The position numbers and the translations under genes are program-made. A stretch of 64,000 nt of DNA, taken from Eledone cirrhosa. Taxonomy: Eukaryota. Where the stretch lies: contig OZ024765.1 of NCBI GenBank assembly GCA_964016885.1, positions 2,542,001 to 2,606,000 of the forward strand, written 5' to 3'. Below the pieces are notes generated by a model that saw only the letters and a list, made by a program, of their open reading frames with translations, had not been told where the DNA came from and searched no databases. This document shows positions 15,488 to 29,069 of this stretch, in pieces; position 1 is the first letter of the stretch, and each line of letters starts with the position of its first letter.

Positions 15488-15577
15488 TTTTCGGCGGAAG
15501 CAGGGAGTACGTGGCTCTGATGATCGCCAACCGGCGTGAAACAGACTGTTAGCTTCTCTCCCTTCTTTCGCCGAAAA
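15488..15577 (+). ncRNA. Type I hammerhead ribozyme with extended stem I
   Basis: GGCT-CTGATGA-T-CGCC(aacc)GGCG-T-GAAA-CAG(a)CTG-TT^AGCT. Stem I continues as agggag/ctccct and ttttcggcggaag/ctttcgccgaaaa. Confidence 0.8.
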
Positions 15578-15963
15578 GAAGTAAGTGACATAGTCACCAC
15601 TTTAAAACCGATAGCGTATGGTTTCAAAATGTTTTTAATGAAACATCCGGTATATTGCCAAATATACTATACATACATTCATGTATACATCGCTATTTTA
15701 GAGCACCAATCCTAATATATATATATATATATTTATGTAATAAACAACATAAGGCAATTATTCCATTTACCAGTGGTTTCTTAAAAGCAAAAGATTTTGC
15801 TTTCAATCCTCAGAATGAAAAAATCCAGGTCTGTTTATTGAATTTGGATTTTAAAAACAAAAATGCAATCTATATGAAAGTGAGGCTGGAGAAGGAAGAA
15901 GGTTACCTACATAGAGCACTCTTTTTTCCTCGACTTTTCCGACGGAATTACTTCATTCACACA

Positions 15964-16023
<60 letters not shown>

Positions 16024-16174
16024 CAAAAGGGATTTGTTGGTAATTCAACAAATATAAATGTTTATAACTGATTCAGAGCACTCGACAAGTTTTCTGGAGT
16101 ATAATATTCAATGATATTAACTAATGGAAACTATATTTATAAAACCATATCCATTAGTTAATATCATTGAATAC

Positions 16175-16257
<83 letters not shown>

Positions 16258-16258
16258 C

Positions 16259-16365
<107 letters not shown>

Positions 16366-16456
16366 CATATAAATATATACATATATATATATATATAAAT
16401 ATATACATATATATACATATATATACATATATATATATATACATATATATATATAC

Positions 16457-16507
<51 letters not shown>

Positions 16508-16522
16508 CATATATATATATAC

Positions 16523-16587
<65 letters not shown>

Positions 16588-16666
16588 CATATATATATAC
16601 ATATATATATATACATATATATATACATATTTCTCATTCTTTCTTCTAATACATATATATATATAC

Positions 16667-16715
<49 letters not shown>

Positions 16716-16793
16716 GTATGTGTGTGTATGTACGTATGTATATATAATATGTATGTGTGTCTACGTATTTATAATGTATATTGTGCTACTCAC

Positions 16794-16846
16794 AGGAAAT
16801 GTAGGCAAAGAGGAAACAACAAACAGGAAGATGAAAAACTTCGCAT
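16794..16846 (-). CDS. Candidate exon with signal-peptide-like sequence ([17 protein letters not shown])
   Basis: ATG at 16846 and strong donor |gtgagt at 16793; hydrophobic in two frames. Could not be spliced confidently to other exons. Confidence 0.2.
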
Positions 16847-17165
16847 TTGATACTTCCGGGGTCGATAAATGAAAGTACCAGTTATATGCTGGGGTGGACG
16901 AGAGATAGAACCGGCTTTCTTCCTCCACACCCCACCAAATTTTTCTGGCCTTGTGCCAAAGGAAGATAGAATTATTATTAAGGGTATAAGGCGGCGGGGG
17001 GAGGGTATGTGGGGGTAGGCAGGTAGGTGCCTCGAGGGGTGGGGATCTGGAGATGCCGGATTATATAACATGGCGGTGTTTTCTTAGCGGTTTACCTGTA
17101 TGTGATATCACAGGTAGTGTTTATTTGCTTTGTTCATAGTCAGTTAATGTCTGTGTAGATATATA

Positions 17166-18090
17166 GTGGTGGTGGTGGCGGTGGTGGTGGTGGTGGTGGT
17201 GGTGGTGGTGGTGGTGGTGGTGGTGGTGGTGGTGGTAGTTGTGGTGATGTTGGTGGTAGTAGTTGTGGTGGTGGTGGCGGTGGTGGTAGTGGTAGTGGTG
17301 GTGGTGGTGGTGGTAGTAGTGGTGGTGGTGGTAGTAGTGGTGGTGGTGGTAGTGGTGGTGGTGGTGGTGGTGGTGGTGGTGGTAGTTGTGGTGATGTTGG
17401 TGGTAGTAGTTGTGGTGGTGGTGGCGGTGGTGGTAGTGGTAGTGGTGGTGGTGGTGGTGGTAGTAGTGGTGGTGGTGGTAGTAGTGGTGGTGGTGGTGGT
17501 GGTGGTGGTGGTGGTGGTGGTTGTGGTGATGTTGGTGGTAGTAGTTGTGGTGGTGGTGGCGGTGGTGGTAGTGGTAGTGGTGGTGGTGGTAGTGGTAGTA
17601 GTGGTGGTGGTGGTAGTAGTGATGGTGGTGGTGGTGGTGGTGGTAGTTGTGGTGATGTTGGTGGTAGTAGTTGTGGTGGTGGTGGCGGTGGTGGTAGTGG
17701 TAGTGGTGGTGGTGGTGGTGGTAGTAGTGGTGGTGGTGGTGGTGGCGGTGGTGGTGGTGGTGGTGGTGGTGGTGGTGGTGGTGGTGATGTTGGTGGTAGT
17801 AGTTGTGGTGGTGGTGGCGGTGGTGGTAGTGGTAGTGGTGGTGGTGGTGGTGGTAGTAGTGGTGGTGGTGGTAGTAGTGGTGGTGGTGGTAGTGGTGGTG
17901 GTGGTGGTGGTGGTGGTGGTGGTGGTGGTGGTGGTGGTAGTTGTGGTGATGTTGGTGGTAGTAGTTGTGGTGGTGGTGGTAGTGGTGGTGGTGGTTGTGG
18001 TGGTGGTGGTAGTGGTGGTGGTGTTGGTGGCGTTGTTGATGGTGGTGATGGTGGTGGTGGTGGTGGTGGCGGCGGTGTAGTGGTGGTGGT
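17166..18090. repeat. (GGT)n microsatellite with higher-order repeat
   Basis: Recurring marker gttgtggtgatgttggtggtagtagttgtg at roughly 120-160 bp spacing. Confidence 0.9.
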
Positions 18091-18241
18091 TGATGTTCTG
18101 TTGTAACGGTGGGTGGTGTGTGAGTATAAACACGTGTATAGACATCAATGTGCATATATATACATATCTATTCATTTTTATGTATGTATATATATATATA
18201 TATATTATATATATATATGTGTATATCTATCTATATATATA

Positions 18242-18286
<45 letters not shown>

Positions 18287-18884
18287 CCCACCACACCGAT
18301 GCTGTTGTGTTGTTACAAATGATAGTAGCAATGTGTGTTTTGCCAACTTACCAAATAAACATCTGGCTATTACACATATACACACCCCAGTACATGTATA
18401 CATACATACATACATACATAGATACATACATACATACATACATATATATATGATGGCTGCCCCCTCGTTATCGAGTATGGCCATTGCACGATATACCATT
18501 ATTAATAATTATTAATTAATTCTATCGTGCAATGCCTGTGCGTGAAGATATTTTTCAATGTAAGGAAAGACTGTGCACTGAACCAATCCCACTCTCTCAG
18601 AGACAGTAGCTATAACCCGAAAAGAAGAAAAGATCAACATCATCTGTAACTACTGAGCCGCAGGTTTTCTGTCGGAGTTATCCCAGTTTCCTCAGTTGTC
18701 TTCTCCTAGAAGAATGCCCTGACAAAGGCTAGGGGTCCTTCACTCCCAGTGGTTTAACCGCGCGGTACATGTGTATATACAGATTTACACACTTTTGGAT
18801 GGCCGTTGACTCTTATGAGTTCTTCCGCCCATACATACATATATACATACATACATATATACATACATACATATATACATACAT

Positions 18885-19495
18885 ACATGGTGGCTGCCAA
18901 ATCGTTTTCGAGTACGGCCACTACTTTATATCCATGTAGGAGAACCCCTACCGATGCGCTGAACGAGTGTGACTTTTTAGTCCAGCCAGCGACTTGAAAA
19001 CTCTGGTACAAACACTACACTTGCGACAATTATTGACACATAGTGCTGGGCCCATGGTACCATGTGACGACAAGTGCAGAGAGATCTCCAGATATAAAGC
19101 AATGCCTGTGCCGTGAAGCTTTTATAGTGAGCAAAGGCACTGCACAAAGCCAGTCCCACTCTCTTAACCAAGATGATATTTACCAAAAAGAAGAACAAGT
19201 CAACATCATTGGATACCATCAGGGTTGCAGGTGTTATATCAGAGTTTTCCTTCTCCTAGAATTCTGCCTTGACAAAGGCTAAGGGGTCATCTCTCCCGGT
19301 GATTTTGGATGGCCATTGATTCTTAAGAGCTCCTTTGCCCTTTGACAGGTTTTGTTTTTAGTCCTGCAGGAGGTCCAAAGTCACCCTCCTCACCAAGAAA
19401 CCTTGGTGGGGTTGCCAGTTTAGTCGCCAACGACCCGACCATGAGACAGGTTGTACTGGGATACATGTTACCAGTAGCACCAACTGGTGACCTGA
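18885..19495 (-). mobile_element. Non-autonomous RTE-derived element (RTE-like 5' UTR fused to 3' tail)
   Basis: Motifs ggtcgggtcgttggcgactaaactggcaacccc and tctaggagaaggaaaactctg, with an (ATGT)n tail. Near-identical copies at 13340-13745 (+) and 37955-38502 (+); diverged relative at 18452-18760 (-). Confidence 0.7.
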
Positions 19496-19543
19496 CATAT
19501 ACATACATACATACATACATACATACATACATACATACATACA

Positions 19544-19575
<32 letters not shown>

Positions 19576-19811
19576 CCAACACATGTAGAAATACAGTAAC
19601 ACACATATATACACCAACACATATACATACAAAGAGAGACAGAGATGCACGGAGACTAACAGACACAACCCTCCAACTTCCTGACACTCCTAAAATGTAT
19701 TTTTCTGATGAAGGACGAACGTCCCATAGATTGAGACATAGTTTGAGGAACAGTTCTGGACCCCAAAACCAATGGTCGCACATACATGTTAAGTGTATGA
19801 AACTTTGTTTA

Positions 19812-19870
<59 letters not shown>

Positions 19871-19875
<5 letters not shown>

Positions 19876-20068
19876 GGAACAAATAAGACCCCGACGGCTG
19901 AGCTCAAGCCGTTTCGACGGCTAATTCTGGACAGAATTAGCCGTCGAAACGGCTTGAGCTCAGCCGTCGGGGTCTTATTTGTTCCTATTACCCACTCTAC
20001 TACCCTAAGTATTGAGTACTTTGGTGCGTTATGGTCCACTTGGTTCCTTACCACATTTCCTTCGTTAT
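19871..20068 (+). mobile_element. Family A small element (HHR 3' half plus tail) with fold-back palindrome
   Basis: Perfect 59-bp arms at 19871-19990, then tail cccactctactaccctaagtattgagtac...ttccttcgtta. Other copies at ~283-467, 14441-14582, 28425-28610, 28621-28822, 38525-38678, 40972-41143 and 44125-44210, mostly abutting (TA)n. Confidence 0.75.
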
Positions 20069-20368
20069 ATATATATATATATATATACCAAAAGCTTAAC
20101 ATTATTTGTCTAAGCGGACAGTACTTGATTTAGGAGTCGCAGAAACCCAAATGCTGGATTTTCACCAACCATCCAGGGGTCCGAATTACTTGGTCGTTTC
20201 TATGGCTGTGCGGATAATGGTTTAACCCTCGTCTCAGTGTGTTTGGCCTTTTAACGTATGTTGTAGCTCTGGTTCGTTAGAATCTATTGAGTGCTTGCCA
20301 CACATCTCGGAAGTTGGTTTTCGCTAATTTCCAATAGCTGAAATACGATTCTCGCTAATTTATATTTG

Positions 20369-20405
<37 letters not shown>

Positions 20406-20493
20406 ATGTAAAAGGTAAACAGAAATAACAACACAATCGGTACAGTATATGGAAGGGATATATTAGGTTAACGCTTGATATCGCAGGAAGAGG

Positions 20494-20531
20494 TTCTTAA
20501 CGTTTCGGACGCTAGTCCTTCATCAGAAGAA
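20494..20531 (-). ncRNA. Minimal Penelope-type hammerhead ribozyme (palindromic stem III)
   Basis: Minus strand reads TTCTT-CTGATGA-a-GGAC(tagc)GTCC-GAAAC-GTT^AAGAA. Perfect 5-bp stem I; loopless ACGT stem III as in dimer-forming PLE HHRs. Confidence 0.8.
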
Positions 20532-20583
20532 AGAATGAGAAATAAGATCGATTGAGGGGATGGGTGGGTTGGAATTGGCAAAA

Positions 20584-20683
<100 letters not shown>

Positions 20684-20751
20684 GGGGAGATTGAGAAAGA
20701 TGGCTTCTACAGGACCAGACCAGAACTGTTTCATTCGGAAGAAATCATCGA

Positions 20752-20800
20752 GCTTCCTGATGATTTCTCCCGAATGAAACAGTTCTGGTCCTGTAGAAGC
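20752..20800 (+). ncRNA. Type I hammerhead ribozyme (family B element)
   Basis: GCTTC-CTGATGA-T-TTC(tccc)GAA-T-GAAA-CAG(ttctggtc)CTG-TA^GAAGC; predicted cleavage after 20795. Confidence 0.8.
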
Positions 20801-22347
20801 CATCTCTATATTAAATATATATACTCTGCTATGTATTGAGTACCTTACTTCCTGTGGTTACCCCCGATTGAACCCGGGATAAACTTTATATAAATATGGT
20901 AGTGGTGAGTGATGGTGGTGGCGATGGTGGTGGTTGTGTTGTTGTTGTTGTTGTTGTGGTGGTGGTGGTGGTATGGTGATGATGATGGTGCTGGTGGTGA
21001 TGGTGGTGATGATGGTGGTGGTGGTGGTGGTATGGTGATGATGATGGTGGTATGGTGGTGATGGTGATGGTGGTATGGTGGTGGTGGTGGTGGTGGTATT
21101 GTTTGTTGTTCTTTTGACAGTGATAATGTTGATAATGATGATGATGATGCCAATGGAACTAATTGTAATGGTGGTGTTGGAGTGGTGGTGGTGGAGGTGG
21201 TGGTCATGGTATTGTTTGTTGTAGTTTTGGCAGTGGTGTTGGTGATAATGATGATGGGTGGTGATGAGTGGTTTATTGAATGTGGTGGGGTGGTGGTGGG
21301 GATGGTATTGTTTGTTGTAGCTTTGGCAGTGGTGTTGGTGATAGGGATGATGCTGATAATGATAAAATTGTAATGGTGGTGTTGGAAGTGGTGGTGGTGG
21401 TGGTGTTAGTGTTGGAAGTGGTGGTGGTGGTGGTGGTGGTGGTGTTGGAAGTGGTTGTGGTGGTGTTGGAGTGGTGGTGGTGGTTGTGGTGGTGTTGGAG
21501 TGGTGGTGGTGTTAGTGTTGGAGTGGTGTTGGTGGTGTTGGAAGTGGCGGTGGTGGTGGTGGTGTTAGAGTGGTGGTGGTGGTGGTGTTGGAATGGTGGT
21601 GATGGTGGTGGTAGTTGTTTGTTCTAGTTTTGGCAGTGGTGTTGGTGATAATGGTGAAGATGGTGGTGATGGTGATGATGGTGGTGGTGGTGGTGGTGGA
21701 GATGGGTAGTTTATTGAATGTTGGGGTGGTGGTGGTGGTGGTGGTAGGTAATGTTGGAGGTTGGCGGGGTGGATGTTAGATGGGGGTGATGCTGGAAGTT
21801 GGCAGTGGTGGTGGTGATGACAATAGCAATGTAGGTGATATTGGTGGTGGAGATGGGTGATTTATTGAATGCGGTGGTAGTGTTGTAGGTTGGTGGTGGG
21901 GGGTGTTATAGGTTGGGGGTGATGTTAGGTGGTGTGTGTGTCTGGGTGCAATAGACAATGTTATAGATTGGTGGGGTGGTGGCGTTATAGGTTGGTGGGG
22001 TGGTGGCGTTATAGGTTGGTGGGGTGGATATTATTAGGATGGGTGATGCTGGAAGTTGGCAGAGGTGATGATGATGATACTATTGACAATAGCGTGGTTG
22101 TTGTTGGTGTGGTGTGGTGTGGTGTGGTGTGGTGGTTTATTAAATATGGTGGTGGTGGGGGGTGCTGTTGTAGGTTGGCGGGGTGGTGTTAGGTGGGGGG
22201 GTGTATGTTTGCAATAGACGTCTTACTCATTTTCAACACGGCAGTCGTTAGTTCGCTGTTTGATGGAGAGGACATCACACAGAGTTTAGTTTGGAGAACA
22301 ACTGGAGTTGTTACTACTACTGCTACTACTACCACCACCACTACTGA

Positions 22348-22380
<33 letters not shown>

Positions 22381-23042
22381 CACAACTACTATTACTACTA
22401 CTACCACCACCACCACCACCACAACTACTACTACTTCTACTACTATTACTACTACTACTACAACTATTACTTCTACAGCAACTACTACCACAACTACTAC
22501 TACTACTACTACCACCACTACTACTACCGCCACCACTACATCTACTACTACTATTACTGTCGCTGCTACTACTACTACCACTACTTCTACTAGTACTAAC
22601 TACTACTACTAGCACTAACTACTATTACTAGTACTAGCACTAACTACAACTACTATTACTACTACCACCACTACTGCTGTTACTATTACTATTACTGCTA
22701 CTACTACTGCTATTTCTAACTAACCACAACTACTATTAACTACTGCTACTAGTAGTACTAACTATTAGTATTAACTACTACTAGTATTTACTGTAATAAT
22801 TCAACCTAAAAGATTATTACTCATTCTACACAGCAGTAGCTAGCACACACATACACACACACACACACATATAGTGATATATATACATATATATATACAC
22901 ACACACATATAGTGATATATATACATATATACATATATATATACACATATAGTGATATATAGACATATATATATATATACATATATATATATATTAGAAT
23001 TGGTGCTCTGAATATATAAACAAATATATATATATATATACA

Positions 23043-23078
<36 letters not shown>

Positions 23079-23174
23079 TATATATACACACCTAGATATG
23101 TAGAGGCATTGTATATATAAATGAAATACACACACACAGACACACATACAGAAAGTGTGATAGATACATACGCG

Positions 23175-23253
<79 letters not shown>

Positions 23254-23315
23254 CTATGTATGTATACATTCACACACAGGTCTATGATATATAAGTGAAA
23301 AACACACAGAAAGTG

Positions 23316-23370
<55 letters not shown>

Positions 23371-23511
23371 GTGTGTGTGTGTATATATATACACACTTAT
23401 GCATTTTGTATATCAATGAAAAATACACACTCCCACGCATACATATAGATAACAAAAGTTATATATATATATATATATACATACACACACACACACACAT
23501 TTAAGATATAC

Positions 23512-23594
<83 letters not shown>

Positions 23595-23773
23595 GACAGC
23601 ATATATATGTGTAGGTATGTATATTCCCTCTGATAGTTTGTAAAATGTTTACATAGATCTATATGATATACATACCAACACACACATATATATCCTAGAA
23701 ACGATCGTAAAATGATGAATTTTTTTAATATAAGGAACTGTTTCCTTGTTTTTATTCATTATTTTTATTAATT

Positions 23774-23848
<75 letters not shown>

Positions 23849-24319
23849 CTATGTGCTTATATATATGTATATATAAATTAGTTTATTAGTGTGTGTGTTA
23901 GGGAGGAAAATGAAAAACAGACAGATAGACAGACAGATCGATAGGTAGATATATTGATAGATTGATTGATTGAGTGATAGATAGGTAGATAGTATTACTT
24001 ACAGAGCTAGAGAGAGACAGAGAGAGAGACATAGAAGAGAGACAGATAAATAGATAGATAAAGTTAGAGAAAGAGTGAGAGATAGATAGACAGACACACT
24101 TAGGGAGCGAGAAGGAGAGAGAGAGAGAGAGAGTTAGAGAGAGTTAGAGAAAGATAGAGAGATAGTTAGACAGGTAGAACTAGATGGGGGTGGAGGAAAA
24201 GAGAGTAAAATAGAGAGAGAGAGAGAGAGTGAGAGTGAGAGAGGGAGCAAATGTGAGAAAGAGAGAGAGAGCGAGAGAGAGGGGGGCAGACATGCAGGCA
24301 GACAGTCAGACTGACAGTG

Positions 24320-24571
24320 TAAACAAGGTGATGATGGAGTTAAGAGCTAACGAGATAGGTCTAATCAACGATGGTTAATTTTCTTAATTAAGAGAAACGG
24401 CGGCGAAGACGACAACGACGACGACGACGGCTACGGCCAGTAGTAGTAGTAGTAGTAGTAGTGGTAGTAGTAGTAGTAGTAGTAGTGGTAGTAATAATAA
24501 CTAGTATTGTTATTATTGGTGATGTTAGGGAGTTTAAGTTAAACGTGGCTGGAATTACATTTTTTATACAG
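24320..24571 (+). other. Candidate non-coding first (5' UTR) exon, possibly of the IP3R-like gene
   Basis: Unique, CpG-containing island among repeats, ending in a perfect donor cag|gtaagt at 24572; TGTAAACAA (Fox-type site) near 24318. Start is approximate. Confidence 0.35.
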
Positions 24572-24701
24572 GTAAGTCGGAAGTTGTGTATTTTTATCTG
24601 TTTTACTGTGTTTATGTTGAGTTTTTATCGCATGTACACTATATATATATTTATGTATGTGTATGGGTGTATATATATATATATGCGTGTATATCTATCT
24701 T

Positions 24702-24734
<33 letters not shown>

Positions 24735-24751
24735 CTCAGATGTGGGTGTAT

Positions 24752-24783
<32 letters not shown>

Positions 24784-24886
24784 CTATCTATCTCTGTATA
24801 TATTCAGATGTGGGTGTATATATATATCTATCTCTATCTATCTATCTATCTATCTATCTATATATATATACAGATGTGGGTGTATA

Positions 24887-24921
<35 letters not shown>

Positions 24922-24945
24922 ATGTCTGTATATATACAGATGTGG

Positions 24946-25002
<57 letters not shown>

Positions 25003-25143
25003 TCTATACATATACAGATGTGGGTGTATATATATATATATCCCTCTCTCTTTATCTATCTATCTATCTATCTATCTCTGTCTATATATAGAGAGAGTGA
25101 GAGAGAGAGAGAGTGAGAGAGACTCTCTCTCTCTCTCTTTCTG

Positions 25144-25177
<34 letters not shown>

Positions 25178-25236
25178 TAGTGAGAGAGTGAGAGAGGGAG
25201 AGTTGTGGGTCTATATCTATCTTTCTTTCTTTGTCA

Positions 25237-25300
<64 letters not shown>

Positions 25301-25304
25301 TTTA

Positions 25305-25432
25305 TGCCGGGTTCAGTCGGGGGTAACCACAGTAAGTAAGGTACTCAATACATAGCAGAGTATATATATTTAATATACAAATGGCTTCTACAGGACTAGA
25401 ACTGTTTCATTCGGGAAAAATCATTAGGAAGC
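25305..25432 (-). mobile_element. Family B small HHR-bearing element with mutated core (CTAATGA)
   Basis: Minus strand ggcttc-ctaatga...gaaacagttctagtcctgta-gaagcc plus the shared tail tattgagtaccttacttactgtggttaccccc. Other copies at ~20698-20880, 32665-32715, 37890-37953, 41172-41340, 44562-44685 and 50368-50486. Confidence 0.7.
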
Positions 25433-25436
25433 CCTG

Positions 25437-25476
<40 letters not shown>

Positions 25477-25569
25477 GTGTCCCCACAAAATACGTAAACA
25501 CTTTGATTACCTGTACAGGCAATATTTATTAGAATGCTGTTGAAGTGTGTATACATTTTTGTGGGACAA

Positions 25570-25675
25570 CAAGTGGTTAGAGAATTGGATTCGCAATCTA
25601 GAGGTTGTGAGTTCGATCCCTGGACCGGGCGATATGTTATGTCCTTGAGCAAGACACTTTATTTCACGTTGCTCC
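25570..25675 (+). mobile_element. tRNA-head/CORE-like SINE fragment
   Basis: gtggttagag...gagttcgatccc followed by gtccttgagcaagacactttatttcacgttgctcc. Related copies at 4190-4450 (-) and 60980-61118 (-). Confidence 0.7.
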
Positions 25676-25772
25676 TTCTACCTGGAGTTGTGACCGATAG
25701 ATAGTACTAGCAACTGGAAAGACCCATGGAAACATTGTTTCCTCGGTCCGATTTGACGAAAGTCAATCGAAT

Positions 25773-25807
<35 letters not shown>

Positions 25808-25815
25808 CATATATA

Positions 25816-25854
<39 letters not shown>

Positions 25855-26015
25855 ACACACACATACATTGTTTTAAATGTCTCTTTCAATTGTTTTCATA
25901 GATGCATACACATATACACACACATATATACATATATATATATACATATATATATATATACATATATACACATATATTTCTAATTCTTCATTTTATATAT
26001 ATATATATATACATG

Positions 26016-26090
<75 letters not shown>

Positions 26091-26825
26091 ATCAGCCAAC
26101 ACAGGCTGGAGAAAGAACGTGTAGCAACAAGGGCGGTGCCCCAGCATGGCCTCAGCCGGATGACTGCAGCAGGTAAAAGAGTAAAAGAAAAAAAAATATA
26201 TATATATATACATATATATATAGGGTGTCCCCAAAAAATGTATACACACTTCAACAGCAAAATAAAGCATTATATTAGCAATATATTATGTGTTAAATTA
26301 TGGCCCTTCATATTGTGAGTTCAAAGTTAACTTTGCCTTTCATCCTTACGGGGTCGATAAAATAAAGTACCAGTAATGTACTGGGGTGATTGCTGGCCTT
26401 GTGCCAAAAGTAGAAACAATTATTTAAATCATGTAAACATATTTGAGTGTTTACATACAATTGAAGTATGTCTGTAGATCATTTTATTCTGAGGGGCAAG
26501 GCTCTGTGTTCTAATAAATATTGCCTGTACGGATAATCAAAGTGTGTATACATTTTTTGGGACACCTTGCATATATATGAATATATATATACATGTGTTC
26601 TTATGCTTTTCAAAAGTAGAATTGAGATGGAGGATTTGTGGTTTGTCGCGCATTCTCATATAAAATAATACAACTGGCTTTCCACAAAATACATATAGTT
26701 AGCACCCCAAACACAAAATTGGGATTATACTAACGTATACCCTAATGTTTGTTGAGTGAGATGGTTACCAGTCAGAGTTTAGCTTAAAGCTTTCTCTGTT
26801 ATTGTATTAAATATATATATTGTAT

Positions 26826-26865
<40 letters not shown>

Positions 26866-26991
26866 GAAAACCACAAACCCGCCATCTCAATTCTACTTTT
26901 GAAAAGCATAAGAACTGTGAAACCGGTAAAGGAAACAAATAAATATTCTTAAAAAGACTCAAGTTGCCTTTTCGATTTCATCTTGTTTCCT

Positions 26992-27109
<118 letters not shown>

Positions 27110-27116
27110 TATATTC

Positions 27117-27217
27117 AGTGTATCCCCAAAAATGTATACACACTTCAACAGCATTCTAATAAATATTGCAGAGTACAGAAGATCAAAGTATGTACACATT
27201 TTTGGGGGGGCATCCTG

Positions 27218-27218
<1 letters not shown>
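27117..27218. mobile_element. ~100-bp Tc1/mariner-type MITE
   Basis: Degenerate TIRs (cagggtgtcccaaaaatgtatacacactt) in TA context. Copies at 25475-25570 and 28890-28997, and one split by a ~250-bp insertion at 26221-26570. Confidence 0.7.
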
Positions 27219-27300
<82 letters not shown>

Positions 27301-28098
27301 TCAGCTGGGCTTGGCTTTACCTTTCATCCTCTCGACAAAATAAAGTACCAGTAACGTACTGGGGTCGATCTAATCGACTTTTCCCTCCCCCAAAGTCGTT
27401 GGCATTGTGCCTATTGTAGAAACCATTATTAAGGATGTTAGATTAGCAATATCGGACACCATGCTTTATGTATGGCATAAAGTTACGGCCCTTTACGTCC
27501 TCAGTTCAAATCCCGCCGAGGTCAGCTTTGCCTTACATCTTTCCGGGGTCGATAAAATAAAGTACCAGTTATGCCCTGGGGTCGATTTAATCGACTTTGC
27601 CCCTCCTCTTTCAAATTACTGGCGTCTTACCAAATATACAAACAATTCTTTGAGTGGTTTGTTGGCAGAGTTGTTAAAGCAGAGGTTCTCAAACGTTTTG
27701 GGCCGCCACCCCCTCACGGCCACGTAAAACCCTCAGCGCCCTCCAACCCTATTTCCAGAGAGATCTGCATTGAAACCCGCCGAGGTCAGCTTTGCTTTTG
27801 ATTTTTCCGAGTCGATTTAATCAACACCCCACCCCCACCCCGTCCTTTCAAATTGCTGGCCTTGAGCCTAAAATAGAACCAATTATTTTTGTAATAATGG
27901 TCTCTGACTTAGGCACAAGGCCAGCAATTTTGGGGGGAGGGGAAAGTCGATTAAATCGACCCAGTACATTACTGGTACTTTATTTTATCGACCCCATAAG
28001 GATGAAAAAGGAAATGTTAACCTCGGCAGGATTTGAACTCAGAATACAAAAGGCCTACTTTTATATTAATTAAAATTATATTTTATGACTCTTTACAC

Positions 28099-28414
28099 CA
28101 GAGATTCTCAAAGATTTTGGGCCGCCACTGCCCCCTCCCCTCCATGGTCATGTAATATCCTCAGCGCCCTCCAACCCTATTTCCAGAGAGACCTGCCTGC
28201 ACACAAATTGGAAATAATATATAATAAATAATATAATATATATTATGTATAAATAAATATTATATATATTTTTTATATTACTATATTTATATATAATATG
28301 TATCATTTGATATTTAATATACTATTATATCATCTCTACTGCCCCCCCCCCCTTAGGCCCCAGCGTGCCCCACCCCCGGGACCTTCTCAACGCCGCCCAC
28401 TTTGAGATCCTATG
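28099..28414. mobile_element. hAT-superfamily MITE
   Basis: TIRs cagagattctcaaa / tttgagatcctatg; 8-bp TSD ctttacac / cttcacac. A second left end lies at 27680-27770. Confidence 0.75.
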
Positions 28415-28827
28415 CTTCACACCATGAGTTCACCCGGCCGTTTCGACAGCTAGATCCGAACACCGAACAGTTCGGATCTAGCTGTCGAAACGACCGGAGC
28501 TCAGCCGTGGGGGGCCCTGACACTTTTCCTATTACCCACTCTACTACCCTAAGTATTGAGTACTCTGGTGCGTAATGGTCTACCTGGTTTCTTACCACGT
28601 CTTCTTTGTTATATATATATATAACGAAGGAAATGTGGTAAGGAACCAGGTGGACCATTACGCACCAGAGTACTCAATACTTAGGGTAGTAGAGTGGGTA
28701 ATAGGAACAAGTAAGACCCCGACAGCTGAGCTCAAGCCGTTTCGACGGCTAATTCTGGACTGATTAGTCCAGAATTAGCCGTCGAAACGGCTTGAGCTCA
28801 GCCGTCGGGGTCTTACTTGTTCATATA

Positions 28828-28891
<64 letters not shown>

Positions 28892-28995
28892 GGGTGTCCC
28901 AAAAAATGTATACACACTTTGATTATCTGTACAGGCAATATTTATTAGAATGCTGTTGAAATGTATTTACATTTTTGGGGTGAGGGGGGTCACTC

Positions 28996-29068
<73 letters not shown>

Positions 29069-29069
29069 C

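Noticed and set aside
17121-18175. Poly-His/poly-Thr ORFs suggesting a His-rich structural protein
   Set aside because: Pure (GGT)n expansion with no splice context or unique coding flank.
22193-22700. Thr-rich mucin-like exon
   Set aside because: (CTA/CCA)n repeat with frameshifts and stops downstream; the unique part is short and strand-ambiguous.
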